Positions 36,501-51,500 of a stretch of DNA of 64,000 bases are shown one piece after another. The stretch is from Eledone cirrhosa (Eukaryota), in contig OZ024742.1 in assembly GCA_964016885.1 (NCBI GenBank), forward strand, positions 15,314,001-15,378,000, in the 5' to 3' direction. Made by a program: the position numbers and the translations under genes. Numbering within the stretch: position 1 is the stretch's first letter; the number at the start of each line of letters is the position of its first letter. Under the pieces are notes generated by a model. That model made no database searches. It was given only the letters and a program-made list of their open reading frames with translations, and was not told the DNA's origin.

Positions 36501-39500
36501 CACTCAACAATGTAGGATGTCTACTAGTTCCACTCTATCAATTTAGGATTTCCACTAGTTCCACTCTACCAATGTAATATATCCACTAGTTCCACTCTAC
36601 CAATGTAGGATGTCCACTAGTTCCACTCTACCAATGTAATATGTCCACTAGCTTCACTCTACCAATGTAATATGTCCACTAGTTCCACTCTACCAATGTA
36701 GGATGTCCACTAGTTCCACTCTACCAACGTAGGATATCCACTAGCTCCACTCTACCAATGTAGGATGTCCACTAGTTCCACTCTACCAATGTAATATTTC
36801 CACTAGTTCCACTCTACCAATGTAATGTGTCCACTAGTTCCACTCTGCCAATGTAATATGTCCACTAGTTCCACTCTACCAATGTAATATGTCCACTAGT
36901 TCCACTCTATCAATGTAGGATGTCCACTAGTTCCACTCTACCAATGTAATATGTCCACTAGTTCCACTCTACCAATGTAGGATGTCCACTAGTTCCACTC
37001 TACCAATGTAATATTTCCACTAGTTCTACTCTACCAATGTAGGATGTCCACTAGTTCCACTCTACCAATGTAATATGTCCACTAGTTCCACTCTACCAAT
37101 GTAGGATGTCCACTAGTTCCACTCTACCAATGCAATAATGTCCACTAGTTCCACTCTACCAATGTAGGATGTCCACTAGTTCCACTCTACCAATGTAATA
37201 TGTCCACTAGTTCCACTCTACCAATGTAATATGTCCACTAGTTCCACTCTACCAATGTAGGATGTCCACTAGTTCCACTCTACCAACGTAGGATATCCAC
37301 TAGTTCCACTCTACCAATGTAGGATGTCCACTAGTTCCACTCTACCAATGTAATATGTCCACTAGTTCCACTCTACCAATGTAATATGTCCACTAGTTCC
37401 ACTCTGCCAATGTAATATGTCCACTAGTTCCACTCTACCAATGTAATATGTCCACTAGTTCCACTCTATCAATGTAGGATATCCACTAGTTCCACTCTAC
37501 CAATGTAGGATGTCCACTAGTTCCACTCTACCAATGTAGGATGTCCACTAGTTTCACTCTACCAATGTAGGATGTCCACTAGTTCCACTCTACCAATGTA
37601 ATATGTCAACTAGTTCCACTCTACCAATGTAATATGTCCACTAGTTCCACTCTACCAATGTAATATGTCCACTAGTTCCACTCTACCAATGTAGGATGTC
37701 CACTAGTTCCACTCTACCAATGTAGGATGTCCACTAGTTCCACTCTACCAATGTAGGATGTCCATTAGTTCCACTCTACCAATGTAATATGTCCACTAGT
37801 TGCACTCTACCAATGTAATATGTCCACTAGTTCCACTCTACCAATGTAGGATGTCCACTAGTTCCACTCTACCAATGTAATATGTCCACTAGTTCCACTC
37901 TACCAATGTAATATGTCTACTAGTTCCACTCTACCAATGTAATAAGTCCACTAGTTCCACTCTACCAATGTAGGATGTCCACTAGTTCCACTCTATCAAT
38001 GTAGGATGTCCACTAGTTCCACTCTACCAATGTAGGATGTCCACTAGTTCCACTCTACCAATGTAGGATATGCACTAGTTTCACTCTACCAATGTAATAA
38101 GTCCACTAGTTCCACTCTACCAATGTAGGATGTCCACTAGTTCCACTCTATCAATGTAGGATGTCCACTAGTTCCACTCTACCAATGTAGGATGTCCACT
38201 AGTTCCACTCTACCAATGTAGGATGTCCACTAGTTCCACTCTACCAATGTAATATGTCCACTAGTTCCACTCTACCAATGTAGGATGTCCACTAGTTCCA
38301 CTCTACCAATGTAGGATATCCACTAGTTCCACTCTACCAATGTAGGATGTCCACTAGTTCCACTCTACCAATGTAGGATGTCCACTAGTTCCACTCTACC
38401 AATGTAGGATGTCCACTAGTTCCACTCTACCAATGTAATATGTCCACTAGTTCCACTCTACCAATGTAGGATGTCCACTAGTTCCACTCTATCAATGTAG
38501 GATGTCCACTAGTTCCACTCTACCAATGTAGGATGTCCACTAGTTCCACTCTACCAATGTAGGATGTCCACTAGTTCCACTCTACCAATGTAGGATGTCC
38601 ACTAGTTCCACTCTACCAATGTAATATGTCTACTAGTTCCACTCTACCAAAGTAATATGTCTACTAGTTCCACTCTACCAATGTAATATGTCCACTAGTT
38701 CCACTCTACCAATGTAATATGTCCACTAGTTCTACTCTACCAATGTAGGATGTCCACTAGTTCCACTCTACCAATGTAATATGTCCACTAGTTCCACTCT
38801 ACCAATGTAATATGTCCACTAGTTCCACTCTACCAATGTAATATATCCACTAGTTCCACTCTACCAATGTAGGATATCCACTAGTTCCACTCTACCAATG
38901 TAATATGTCCACTAGTTCCACTCTACCAATGTAGGATGTCCACTAGTTCCACTCTACCAATGTAATATGTCCACTAGTTCCACTCTACCAATGTAATATG
39001 TCCACTAGTTCCACTCTACCAATGTAATATATCCACTAGTTCCACTCTACCAATGTAGGATGTCCACTAGTTCCACTCTACCAATGTAATATGTCCACTA
39101 TTTCCACTCTACCAATGTAGGATGTCCACTAGTTCCACTCTACCAATGTAGGATGTCCACTAGTTCCACTCAACGATGTAGGATGTCTACTAGTTCCACT
39201 CTATCAATTTAGGATTTCCACTAGTTCCACTCTACCAATGTAATATATCCACTAGTTCCACTCTACCAATGTAGGATGTCCACTAGTTCCACTCTACCAA
39301 TGTAATATGTCCACTATTTCCACTCTACCAATGTAATATGTCCACTAGTTCCACTCTACCAATGTAGGATATCCACTAGTTCCACTCTACCAATGAAGGA
39401 TGTCCACTAGTTCCACTCTACCAATGTAGGATGTACACTAGTTCCACTCTACCAATGTAATATGTCCACTAGTTCCACTCTACCAATGTAATATGTCCAC

Positions 39501-42500
39501 TAGTTCCACTCTACCAATGTAGGATGTCCACTAGTTCCACTCTACCAATGTAATATGTCCACTAGTTCCACTCTACCAATGTAGGATGTCCACTAGTTCC
39601 ACTCTACCAATGTAGGATGTCCACTAGGGCCACTCTACCAATGTAATATGTCCACTAGTTCCACTCTACCAATGTAGGATGTCCACTAGTTCCACTCTAC
39701 CAATGTAATATGTCCACTAGTTCCACTCTACCAATGTAATATGTCCACTAGTTCCACTCTACCAATGTAGGATGTCCACTAGTTCCACTCTACCAACGTA
39801 GGATATCCACTAGTTCCACTCTACCAATGTAATATGTCCACTAGTTCCACTCTACCAATGTAATATGTCCACTAGTTCCACTCTGCCAATGTAATATGTC
39901 CACTAGTTCCACTCTACCAATGTAATATGTCCACTAGTTCCACTCTATCAATGTAGGATGTCCACTAGTTCCACTCTACCAATGTAGGATGTGCACTAGT
40001 TCCACTCTACCAATGTAGGATGTCCACTAGTTCCACTCTACCAATGTAGGATGTCCACTAGTTCCACTCTTCCAATGTAATATGTCCACTAGTTCCACTC
40101 TACCAATGTAATATGTCCACTAGTTCCACTCTACCAATGTAGGATGTCCACTAGTTCCACTCTACCAATGTAGGATGTCCACTAGTTCCACTCTACCAAT
40201 GTAGGATGTCCATTAGTTCCACTCTCCCAATGTAATATGTCCTCTAGTTCCACTCTACCAATGTAATATGTCCACTAGTTCCACTCTACCAATGTAGGAT
40301 GTCCACTAGTTCCACTCTACCAATGTAATATGTCCACTAGTTCCACTCTACCAATGTAATATGTCTACTAGTTCCACTCTACCAATGTAATAAGTCCACT
40401 AGTTCCACTCTACCAATGTAGGATGTCCACTAGTTCCACTCTATCAATGTAGGATGTCCACTAGTTCTACTCCACCAATGTAGGATGTCCACTAGTTCCA
40501 CTCTACCAATGTAGGATATGCACTAGTTCCACTCTACCAATGTAGGATGTCCACTAGTTCCACTCTACCAATGTAATATGTCCACTAGTTCCACTCTACC
40601 AATGTAGGATGTCCACTAGTTCCACTCTACCAATGTAGGATATCCACTAGTTCCACTCTACCAATGTAGGATGTCCACTAGTTCCACTCTACCAATGTAG
40701 GATGTCCACTAGTTCCACTCTACCAAGGTAGGATGTCCACTAGTTCCACTCTACCAAGGTAGGATGTCCACTAGTTCCACTCTACCAATCTAGGATGTCT
40801 ACTAGTTCCACTCTACCAATGTAATATGTCCACTAGTTCCACTCTACCAATGTAGGATGTCTACTAGTTCCACTCTACCAATGTAGGATGTCCACTAGTT
40901 CCACTCTACCAATGTAGGATATCCACTAGTTCCACTCTACCAATGTAGGATGTCCACTAGTTCCACTCTACCAATGTAGGATGTCCACTAGTTCCACTCT
41001 ACCAAGGTAGGATGTCCACTAGTTCCACTCTACCAATGTAGGATGTCCACTAGTTCCACTCTATCAATGTAGGATGTCCACTAGTTCCACTCTACCAATG
41101 TAATATGTCCACTATTTCCACTCTACCAATGTAATATGTCCACTAGTTCCACTCTACCAATGTAGGATGTCCACTAGTTCCACTCTACCAATGTAGGATG
41201 TCCACTAGTTCCACTCTACCAATGTAGGATGTCCACTAGTTCCACTCTACCAATGTAATATGTCCACTAGTCCCACGCTACCAATGTAATATGTTCACTA
41301 GTTCCACTCTACGAATGTAATATGTCCACTAGTTCCACTCTACCAATGTAGGATGTCCACTAGTTCCACTCTACCAATGTAATATGTCCACTAGTTCCAC
41401 TCTACGAATGTAATATGTCCACTAGTTCCACTCTACCAATGTAGGATGTCCACTAGTCCCACTCTACCAATGTAGGATGTCCACTAGTTCCACTCTACCA
41501 ATGTAATATGTCCACTAGTTCCACTCTACCAATGTAATATGTCCACTAGTTCCACTCTACCAATGTAATATCTTCACTAGTTCCACTCTACCAATGTAAT
41601 ATGTCCACTAGTTCCACTCTACCAATGTAATATGTCCACTAGTTCCACTCTACCAATGTAATATGTCCACTAGTTCCACTCTACCAATGTAATATGTTCA
41701 CTAGTTCCACTCTACCAATGTAGTATGTCCACTAGTTCCACTCTACCAATGTAATATATCCACTACTTCCACTCTACCAATGTAGGATGTCCTCTAGTTC
41801 CACTCTACGAATGTAATATGTCCACTAGTTCCACTCTACCAATGTAGGATGTCCACTAGTTCCACTCTACCAATGTAATATTTCCACTAGTTCTACTCTA
41901 CCAATGTAGGATGTCCACTAGTTCCACTCTACCAATGTAATATGTCCACTAGTTCCACTCTACCAATGTAGGATGTCCACTAGTTCCACTCTACCAATGC
42001 AATAATGTCCACTAGTTCCACTCTACCAATGTAGGATGTCCACTAGTTCCACTCTACCAATGTAATATGTCCACTAGTTCCACTCTACCAATGTAATATG
42101 TCCACTAGTTCCACTCTACCAATGTAGGATGTCCACTAGTTCCACTCTACCAACGTAGGATATCCACTAGTTCCACTCTACCAATGTAGGATGTCCACTA
42201 GTTCCACTCTACCAATGTAATATGTCCACTAGTTCCACTCTACCAATGTAATATGTCCACTAGTTCCACTCTGCCAATGTAATATGTCCACTAGTTCCAC
42301 TCTACCAATGTAATATGTCCACTAGTTCCACTCTATCAATGTAGGATATCCACTAGTTCCACTCTACCAATGTAGGATGTCCACTAGTTCCACTCTACCA
42401 ATGTAGGATGTCCACTAGTTTCACTCTACCAATGTAGGATGTCCACTAGTTCCACTCTACCAATGTAATATGTCAACTAGTTCCACTCTACCAATGTAAT

Positions 42501-45500
42501 ATGTCCACTAGTTCCACTCTACCAATGTAATATGTCCACTAGTTCCACTCTACCAATGTAGGATGTCCACTAGTTCCACTCTACCAATGTAGGATGTCCA
42601 CTAGTTCCACTCTACCAATGTAGGATGTCCATTAGTTCCACTCTACCAATGTAATATGTCCACTAGTTGCACTCTACCAATGTAATATGTCCACTAGTTC
42701 CACTCTACCAATGTAGGATGTCCACTAGTTCCACTCTACCAATGTAATATGTCCACTAGTTCCACTCTACCAATGTAATATGTCTACTAGTTCCACTCTA
42801 CCAATGTAATAAGTCCACTAGTTCCACTCTACCAATGTAGGATGTCCACTAGTTCCACTCTATCAATGTAGGATGTCCACTAGTTCCACTCTACCAATGT
42901 AGGATGTCCACTAGTTCCACTCTACCAATGTAGGATATGCACTAGTTTCACTCTACCAATGTAATAAGTCCACTAGTTCCACTCTACCAATGTAGGATGT
43001 CCACTAGTTCCACTCTATCAATGTAGGATGTCCACTAGTTCCACTCTACCAATGTAGGATGTCCACTAGTTCCACTCTACCAATGTAGGATGTCCACTAG
43101 TTCCACTCTACCAATGTAATATGTCCACTAGTTCCACTCTACCAATGTAGGATGTCCACTAGTTCCACTCTACCAATGTAGGATATCCACTAGTTCCACT
43201 CTACCAATGTAGGATGTCCACTAGTTCCACTCTACCAATGTAGGATGTCCACTAGTTCCACTCTACCAATGTAGGATGTCCACTAGTTCCACTCTACCAA
43301 TGTAATATGTCCACTAGTTCCACTCTACCAATGTAGGATGTCCACTAGTTCCACTCTATCAATGTAGGATGTCCACTAGTTCCACTCTACCAATGTAGGA
43401 TGTCCACTAGTTCCACTCTACCAATGTAGGATGTCCACTAGTTCCACTCTACCAATGTAGGATGTCCACTAGTTCCACTCTACCAATGTAATATGTCTAC
43501 TAGTTCCACTCTACCAAAGTAATATGTCTACTAGTTCCACTCTACCAATGTAATATGTCCACTAGTTCCACTCTACCAATGTAATATGTCCACTAGTTCT
43601 ACTCTACCAATGTAGGATGTCCACTAGTTCCACTCTACCAATGTAATATGTCCACTAGTTCCACTCTACCAATGTAATATGTCCACTAGTTCCACTCTAC
43701 CAATGTAATATATCCACTAGTTCCACTCTACCAATGTAGGATATCCACTAGTTCCACTCTACCAATGTAATATGTCCACTAGTTCCACTCTACCAATGTA
43801 GGATGTCCACTAGTTCCACTCTACCAATGTAATATGTCCACTAGTTCCACTCTACCAATGTAATATGTCCACTAGTTCCACTCTACCAATGTAATATATC
43901 CACTAGTTCCACTCTACCAATGTAGGATGTCCACTAGTTCCACTCTACCAATGTAATATGTCCACTATTTCCACTCTACCAATGTAGGATGTCCACTAGT
44001 TCCACTCTACCAATGTAGGATGTCCACTAGTTCCACTCAACGATGTAGGATGTCTACTAGTTCCACTCTATCAATTTAGGATTTCCACTAGTTCCACTCT
44101 ACCAATGTAATATATCCACTAGTTCCACTCTACCAATGTAGGATGTCCACTAGTTCCACTCTACCAATGTAATATGTCCACTATTTCCACTCTACCAATG
44201 TAATATGTCCACTAGTTCCACTCTACCAATGTAGGATATCCACTAGTTCCACTCTACCAATGAAGGATGTCCACTAGTTCCACTCTACCAATGTAGGATG
44301 TACACTAGTTCCACTCTACCAATGTAATATGTCCACTAGTTCCACTCTACCAATGTAATATGTCCACTAGTTCCACTCTACCAATGTAGGATGTCCACTA
44401 GTTCCACTCTACCAATGTAATATGTCCACTAGTTCCACTCTACCAATGTAGGATGTCCACTAGTTCCACTCTACCAATGTAGGATGTCCACTAGGGCCAC
44501 TCTACCAATGTAATATGTCCACTAGTTCCACTCTACCAATGTAGGATGTCCACTAGTTCCACTCTACCAATGTAATATGTCCACTAGTTCCACTCTACCA
44601 ATGTAATATGTCCACTAGTTCCACTCTACCAATGTAGGATGTCCACTAGTTCCACTCTACCAACGTAGGATATCCACTAGTTCCACTCTACCAATGTAAT
44701 ATGTCCACTAGTTCCACTCTACCAATGTAATATGTCCACTAGTTCCACTCTGCCAATGTAATATGTCCACTAGTTCCACTCTACCAATGTAATATGTCCA
44801 CTAGTTCCACTCTATCAATGTAGGATGTCCACTAGTTCCACTCTACCAATGTAGGATGTGCACTAGTTCCACTCTACCAATGTAGGATGTCCACTAGTTC
44901 CACTCTACCAATGTAGGATGTCCACTAGTTCCACTCTTCCAATGTAATATGTCCACTAGTTCCACTCTACCAATGTAATATGTCCACTAGTTCCACTCTA
45001 CCAATGTAGGATGTCCACTAGTTCCACTCTACCAATGTAGGATGTCCACTAGTTCCACTCTACCAATGTAGGATGTCCATTAGTTCCACTCTCCCAATGT
45101 AATATGTCCTCTAGTTCCACTCTACCAATGTAATATGTCCACTAGTTCCACTCTACCAATGTAGGATGTCCACTAGTTCCACTCTACCAATGTAATATGT
45201 CCACTAGTTCCACTCTACCAATGTAATATGTCTACTAGTTCCACTCTACCAATGTAATAAGTCCACTAGTTCCACTCTACCAATGTAGGATGTCCACTAG
45301 TTCCACTCTATCAATGTAGGATGTCCACTAGTTCTACTCCACCAATGTAGGATGTCCACTAGTTCCACTCTACCAATGTAGGATATGCACTAGTTCCACT
45401 CTACCAATGTAGGATGTCCACTAGTTCCACTCTACCAATGTAATATGTCCACTAGTTCCACTCTACCAATGTAGGATGTCCACTAGTTCCACTCTACCAA

Positions 45501-48500
45501 TGTAGGATATCCACTAGTTCCACTCTACCAATGTAGGATGTCCACTAGTTCCACTCTACCAATGTAGGATGTCCACTAGTTCCACTCTACCAAGGTAGGA
45601 TGTCCACTAGTTCCACTCTACCAAGGTAGGATGTCCACTAGTTCCACTCTACCAATCTAGGATGTCTACTAGTTCCACTCTACCAATGTAATATGTCCAC
45701 TAGTTCCACTCTACCAATGTAGGATGTCTACTAGTTCCACTCTACCAATGTAGGATGTCCACTAGTTCCACTCTACCAATGTAGGATATCCACTAGTTCC
45801 ACTCTACCAATGTAGGATGTCCACTAGTTCCACTCTACCAATGTAGGATGTCCACTAGTTCCACTCTACCAAGGTAGGATGTCCACTAGTTCCACTCTAC
45901 CAATGTAGGATGTCCACTAGTTCCACTCTATCAATGTAGGATGTCCACTAGTTCCACTCTACCAATGTAATATGTCCACTATTTCCACTCTACCAATGTA
46001 ATATGTCCACTAGTTCCACTCTACCAATGTAGGATGTCCACTAGTTCCACTCTACCAATGTAGGATGTCCACTAGTTCCACTCTACCAATGTAGGATGTC
46101 CACTAGTTCCACTCTACCAATGTAATATGTCCACTAGTCCCACGCTACCAATGTAATATGTTCACTAGTTCCACTCTACGAATGTAATATGTCCACTAGT
46201 TCCACTCTACCAATGTAGGATGTCCACTAGTTCCACTCTACCAATGTAATATGTCCACTAGTTCCACTCTACGAATGTAATATGTCCACTAGTTCCACTC
46301 TACCAATGTAGGATGTCCACTAGTCCCACTCTACCAATGTAGGATGTCCACTAGTTCCACTCTACCAATGTAATATGTCCACTAGTTCCACTCTACCAAT
46401 GTAATATGTCCACTAGTTCCACTCTACCAATGTAATATCTTCACTAGTTCCACTCTACCAATGTAATATGTCCACTAGTTCCACTCTACCAATGTAATAT
46501 GTCCACTAGTTCCACTCTACCAATGTAATATGTCCACTAGTTCCACTCTACCAATGTAATATGTTCACTAGTTCCACTCTACCAATGTAGTATGTCCACT
46601 AGTTCCACTCTACCAATGTAATATATCCACTACTTCCACTCTACCAATGTAGGATGTCCTCTAGTTCCACTCTACGAATGTAATATGTCCACTAGTTCCA
46701 CTCTACCAATGTAATATGTCCACTATTTCCACTCTACCAATGTAATATGTCCACTAGTTCCACTCTACCAATGTAATATGTTCACTAGTTCCACTCTACC
46801 AATGTAATATTTCCACTAGTTCCACTCTACCAATGTAATATGTCCACTAGTTCCACTCTACCAATGTAGGATGTCCACCAGTTCCACTCTACCAATGTAA
46901 TATGTCCACTAGTTCCACTCTACTAATGTAATATGTCCACTAGTTCCACTCTACCAATGTAGGATATACACTAGTTCCACTCTACCAATGTAATATGGCC
47001 ACTAGTTCCACTCTACCAATGTAGGATGTCCACTAGTTCCACTCTACCAATATAATATGTCCACTAGTTCCACTCTACCAATGTAGGATGTCCACTAGTT
47101 CCACTCTACCAATGTAATATGTCCACTAGTTCCACTCTACCAATGTAGCATGTCCAATAGTTCCACTCTACCAATGTAGCATGTCCAATAGTTCCACTCT
47201 ACCAATATAATATGTCCACTAGTTCCACTCTACCAATGTAGGATGTCCACTAGTTCCACTCTACCAATGTAATATGTCCACTAGTTCCACTCTACTAATG
47301 TAATATGTCCACTAGTTCCACTCTACCAATGTAGGATATACACTAGTTCCACTCTACTAATGTAATATGTCCACTAGTTCCACTCTAGCAATGTAGGATG
47401 TCCACTAGTTCCACTCTACCAATGTAGGATGTCCACTAGTTCCACTGTACCAATGTAATATGTACACTAGTTCCACTATACCAATGTAGGATGTCCACTA
47501 GTTCCACTCTACCAATGTAATATGTCCACTAGTTCCACTCTACCAATGTAATATGTCCATTAGTTCCACTCTACCAATGTAATATGTTCACTAGTTCCAC
47601 TCTATCAATGTAATATGTCCACTAGTTCCACTCTACCAATGTAATATGTCTACTAGTTCCACTATACCAATGTAGGATGTCCACTAGTTCCACTATACCA
47701 ATGTAGGATGTACACTAATTCCACTCTACCAATGTAATATGTCCACTAGTTCCACTCTACCAATGTAAGATGTCCACTAGTTCCACTCTACCAATGCAGG
47801 ATTTCCGCTAGTTCCAATCTACCAATGTAATATATCCACTAGTTCCACTCTACCAATGTAGGATATGCACTAGTTCCACTCTACCAATGTAATATGTCCA
47901 CTAGTTCCACTCTATCAATGTAATATGTCCACTAGTTCCACTCTACCAATGTAATATGTCCACTAGTTCCACTCTACCAATGTAATATGTCCACTAGTTC
48001 CACTCTACCAATGTAGGATGTCCACTAGTTCCACTCTACCAACGTAGGATATCCACTAGTTCCACTCTACCAATGTAGGATGTCCACTAGTTCCACTCTA
48101 CCAATGTAATATGTCCACTAGTTCCACTCTACCAATGTAATATGTCCACTAGTTCTACTCTGCCAATGTAATATGTCCACTAGTTCCACTCTACCAATGT
48201 AATATGTCCACTAGTTCCACTCTATCAATGTAGGATGTCCACTAGTTCCACTCTACCAATGTAGGATGTGCACTAGTTCCACTCTACCAATGTAGGATGT
48301 CCACTAGTTCCACTCTACCAATGTAGGATGTCCACTAGTTCCACTCTACCAATATAATATGTCCACTAGTTCCACTCTACCAATGTAATATGTCCACTAG
48401 TTCCACTCTACCAATGTAATATGTCCACTAGTTCCACTCTACCAATGTAGGATGTCCACTAGTTCCACTCTACCAATGTAATATGTCCACTAGTTCCACT

Positions 48501-51500
48501 CTACCAATGTAGGATGTCCACTAGTTCCACTGTACCAATGTAATATGTCCACTAGTTCCACTCTACCAATGTAGGATATCCACTAGTTCCACTCTACCAA
48601 TGTAATATGTCCACTAGTTCCACTCTACCAATGTAATATATCCACTAGTTCCACTCTACCAATGTAGGATGTCCACTAGTTCCACTCTACCAATGTAGGA
48701 TGTCCACTAGTTCCACTCAACAATGTAGGATGTCTACTAGTTCCACTCTATCAATTTAGGATTTCCACTAGTTCCACTCTACCAATGTAATATATCCACT
48801 AGTTCCACTCTACCAATGTAGGATGTCCACTAGTTCCACTCTACCAATGTAATATGTCCACTAGCTTCACTCTACCAATGTAATATGTCCACTAGTTCCA
48901 CTCTACCAATGTAGGATGTCCACTAGTTCCACTCTACCAACGTAGGATATCCACTAGCTCCACTCTACCAATGTAGGATGTCCACTAGTTCCACTCTACC
49001 AATGTAATATTTCCACTAGTTCCACTCTACCAATGTAATGTGTCCACTAGTTCCACTCTGCCAATGTAATATGTCCACTAGTTCCACTCTACCAATGTAA
49101 TATGTCCACTAGTTCCACTCTATCAATGTAGGATGTCCACTAGTTCCACTCTACCAATGTAATATGTCCACTAGTTCCACTCTACCAATGTAGGATGTCC
49201 ACTAGTTCCACTCTACCAATGTAATATTTCCACTAGTTCTACTCTACCAATGTAGGATGTCCACTAGTTCCACTCTACCAATGTAATATGTCCACTAGTT
49301 CCACTCTACCAATGTAGGATGTCCACTAGTTCCACTCTACCAATGCAATAATGTCCACTAGTTCCACTCTACCAATGTAGGATGTCCACTAGTTCCACTC
49401 TACCAATGTAATATGTCCACTAGTTCCACTCTACCAATGTAATATGTCCACTAGTTCCACTCTACCAATGTAGGATGTCCACTAGTTCCACTCTACCAAC
49501 GTAGGATATCCACTAGTTCCACTCTACCAATGTAGGATGTCCACTAGTTCCACTCTACCAATGTAATATGTCCACTAGTTCCACTCTACCAATGTAATAT
49601 GTCCACTAGTTCCACTCTGCCAATGTAATATGTCCACTAGTTCCACTCTACCAATGTAATATGTCCACTAGTTCCACTCTATCAATGTAGGATATCCACT
49701 AGTTCCACTCTACCAATGTAGGATGTCCACTAGTTCCACTCTACCAATGTAGGATGTCCACTAGTTTCACTCTACCAATGTAGGATGTCCACTAGTTCCA
49801 CTCTACCAATGTAATATGTCAACTAGTTCCACTCTACCAATGTAATATGTCCACTAGTTCCACTCTACCAATGTAATATGTCCACTAGTTCCACTCTACC
49901 AATGTAGGATGTCCACTAGTTCCACTCTACCAATGTAGGATGTCCACTAGTTCCACTCTACCAATGTAGGATGTCCATTAGTTCCACTCTACCAATGTAA
50001 TATGTCCACTAGTTGCACTCTACCAATGTAATATGTCCACTAGTTCCACTCTACCAATGTAGGATGTCCACTAGTTCCACTCTACCAATGTAATATGTCC
50101 ACTAGTTCCACTCTACCAATGTAATATGTCTACTAGTTCCACTCTACCAATGTAATAAGTCCACTAGTTCCACTCTACCAATGTAGGATGTCCACTAGTT
50201 CCACTCTATCAATGTAGGATGTCCACTAGTTCCACTCTACCAATGTAGGATGTCCACTAGTTCCACTCTACCAATGTAGGATATGCACTAGTTTCACTCT
50301 ACCAATGTAATAAGTCCACTAGTTCCACTCTACCAATGTAGGATGTCCACTAGTTCCACTCTATCAATGTAGGATGTCCACTAGTTCCACTCTACCAATG
50401 TAGGATGTCCACTAGTTCCACTCTACCAATGTAGGATGTCCACTAGTTCCACTCTACCAATGTAATATGTCCACTAGTTCCACTCTACCAATGTAGGATG
50501 TCCACTAGTTCCACTCTACCAATGTAGGATATCCACTAGTTCCACTCTACCAATGTAGGATGTCCACTAGTTCCACTCTACCAATGTAGGATGTCCACTA
50601 GTTCCACTCTACCAATGTAGGATGTCCACTAGTTCCACTCTACCAATGTAATATGTCCACTAGTTCCACTCTACCAATGTAGGATGTCCACTAGTTCCAC
50701 TCTATCAATGTAGGATGTCCACTAGTTCCACTCTACCAATGTAGGATGTCCACTAGTTCCACTCTACCAATGTAGGATGTCCACTAGTTCCACTCTACCA
50801 ATGTAGGATGTCCACTAGTTCCACTCTACCAATGTAATATGTCTACTAGTTCCACTCTACCAAAGTAATATGTCTACTAGTTCCACTCTACCAATGTAAT
50901 ATGTCCACTAGTTCCACTCTACCAATGTAATATGTCCACTAGTTCTACTCTACCAATGTAGGATGTCCACTAGTTCCACTCTACCAATGTAATATGTCCA
51001 CTAGTTCCACTCTACCAATGTAATATGTCCACTAGTTCCACTCTACCAATGTAATATATCCACTAGTTCCACTCTACCAATGTAGGATATCCACTAGTTC
51101 CACTCTACCAATGTAATATGTCCACTAGTTCCACTCTACCAATGTAGGATGTCCACTAGTTCCACTCTACCAATGTAATATGTCCACTAGTTCCACTCTA
51201 CCAATGTAATATGTCCACTAGTTCCACTCTACCAATGTAATATATCCACTAGTTCCACTCTACCAATGTAGGATGTCCACTAGTTCCACTCTACCAATGT
51301 AATATGTCCACTATTTCCACTCTACCAATGTAGGATGTCCACTAGTTCCACTCTACCAATGTAGGATGTCCACTAGTTCCACTCAACGATGTAGGATGTC
51401 TACTAGTTCCACTCTATCAATTTAGGATTTCCACTAGTTCCACTCTACCAATGTAATATATCCACTAGTTCCACTCTACCAATGTAGGATGTCCACTAGT

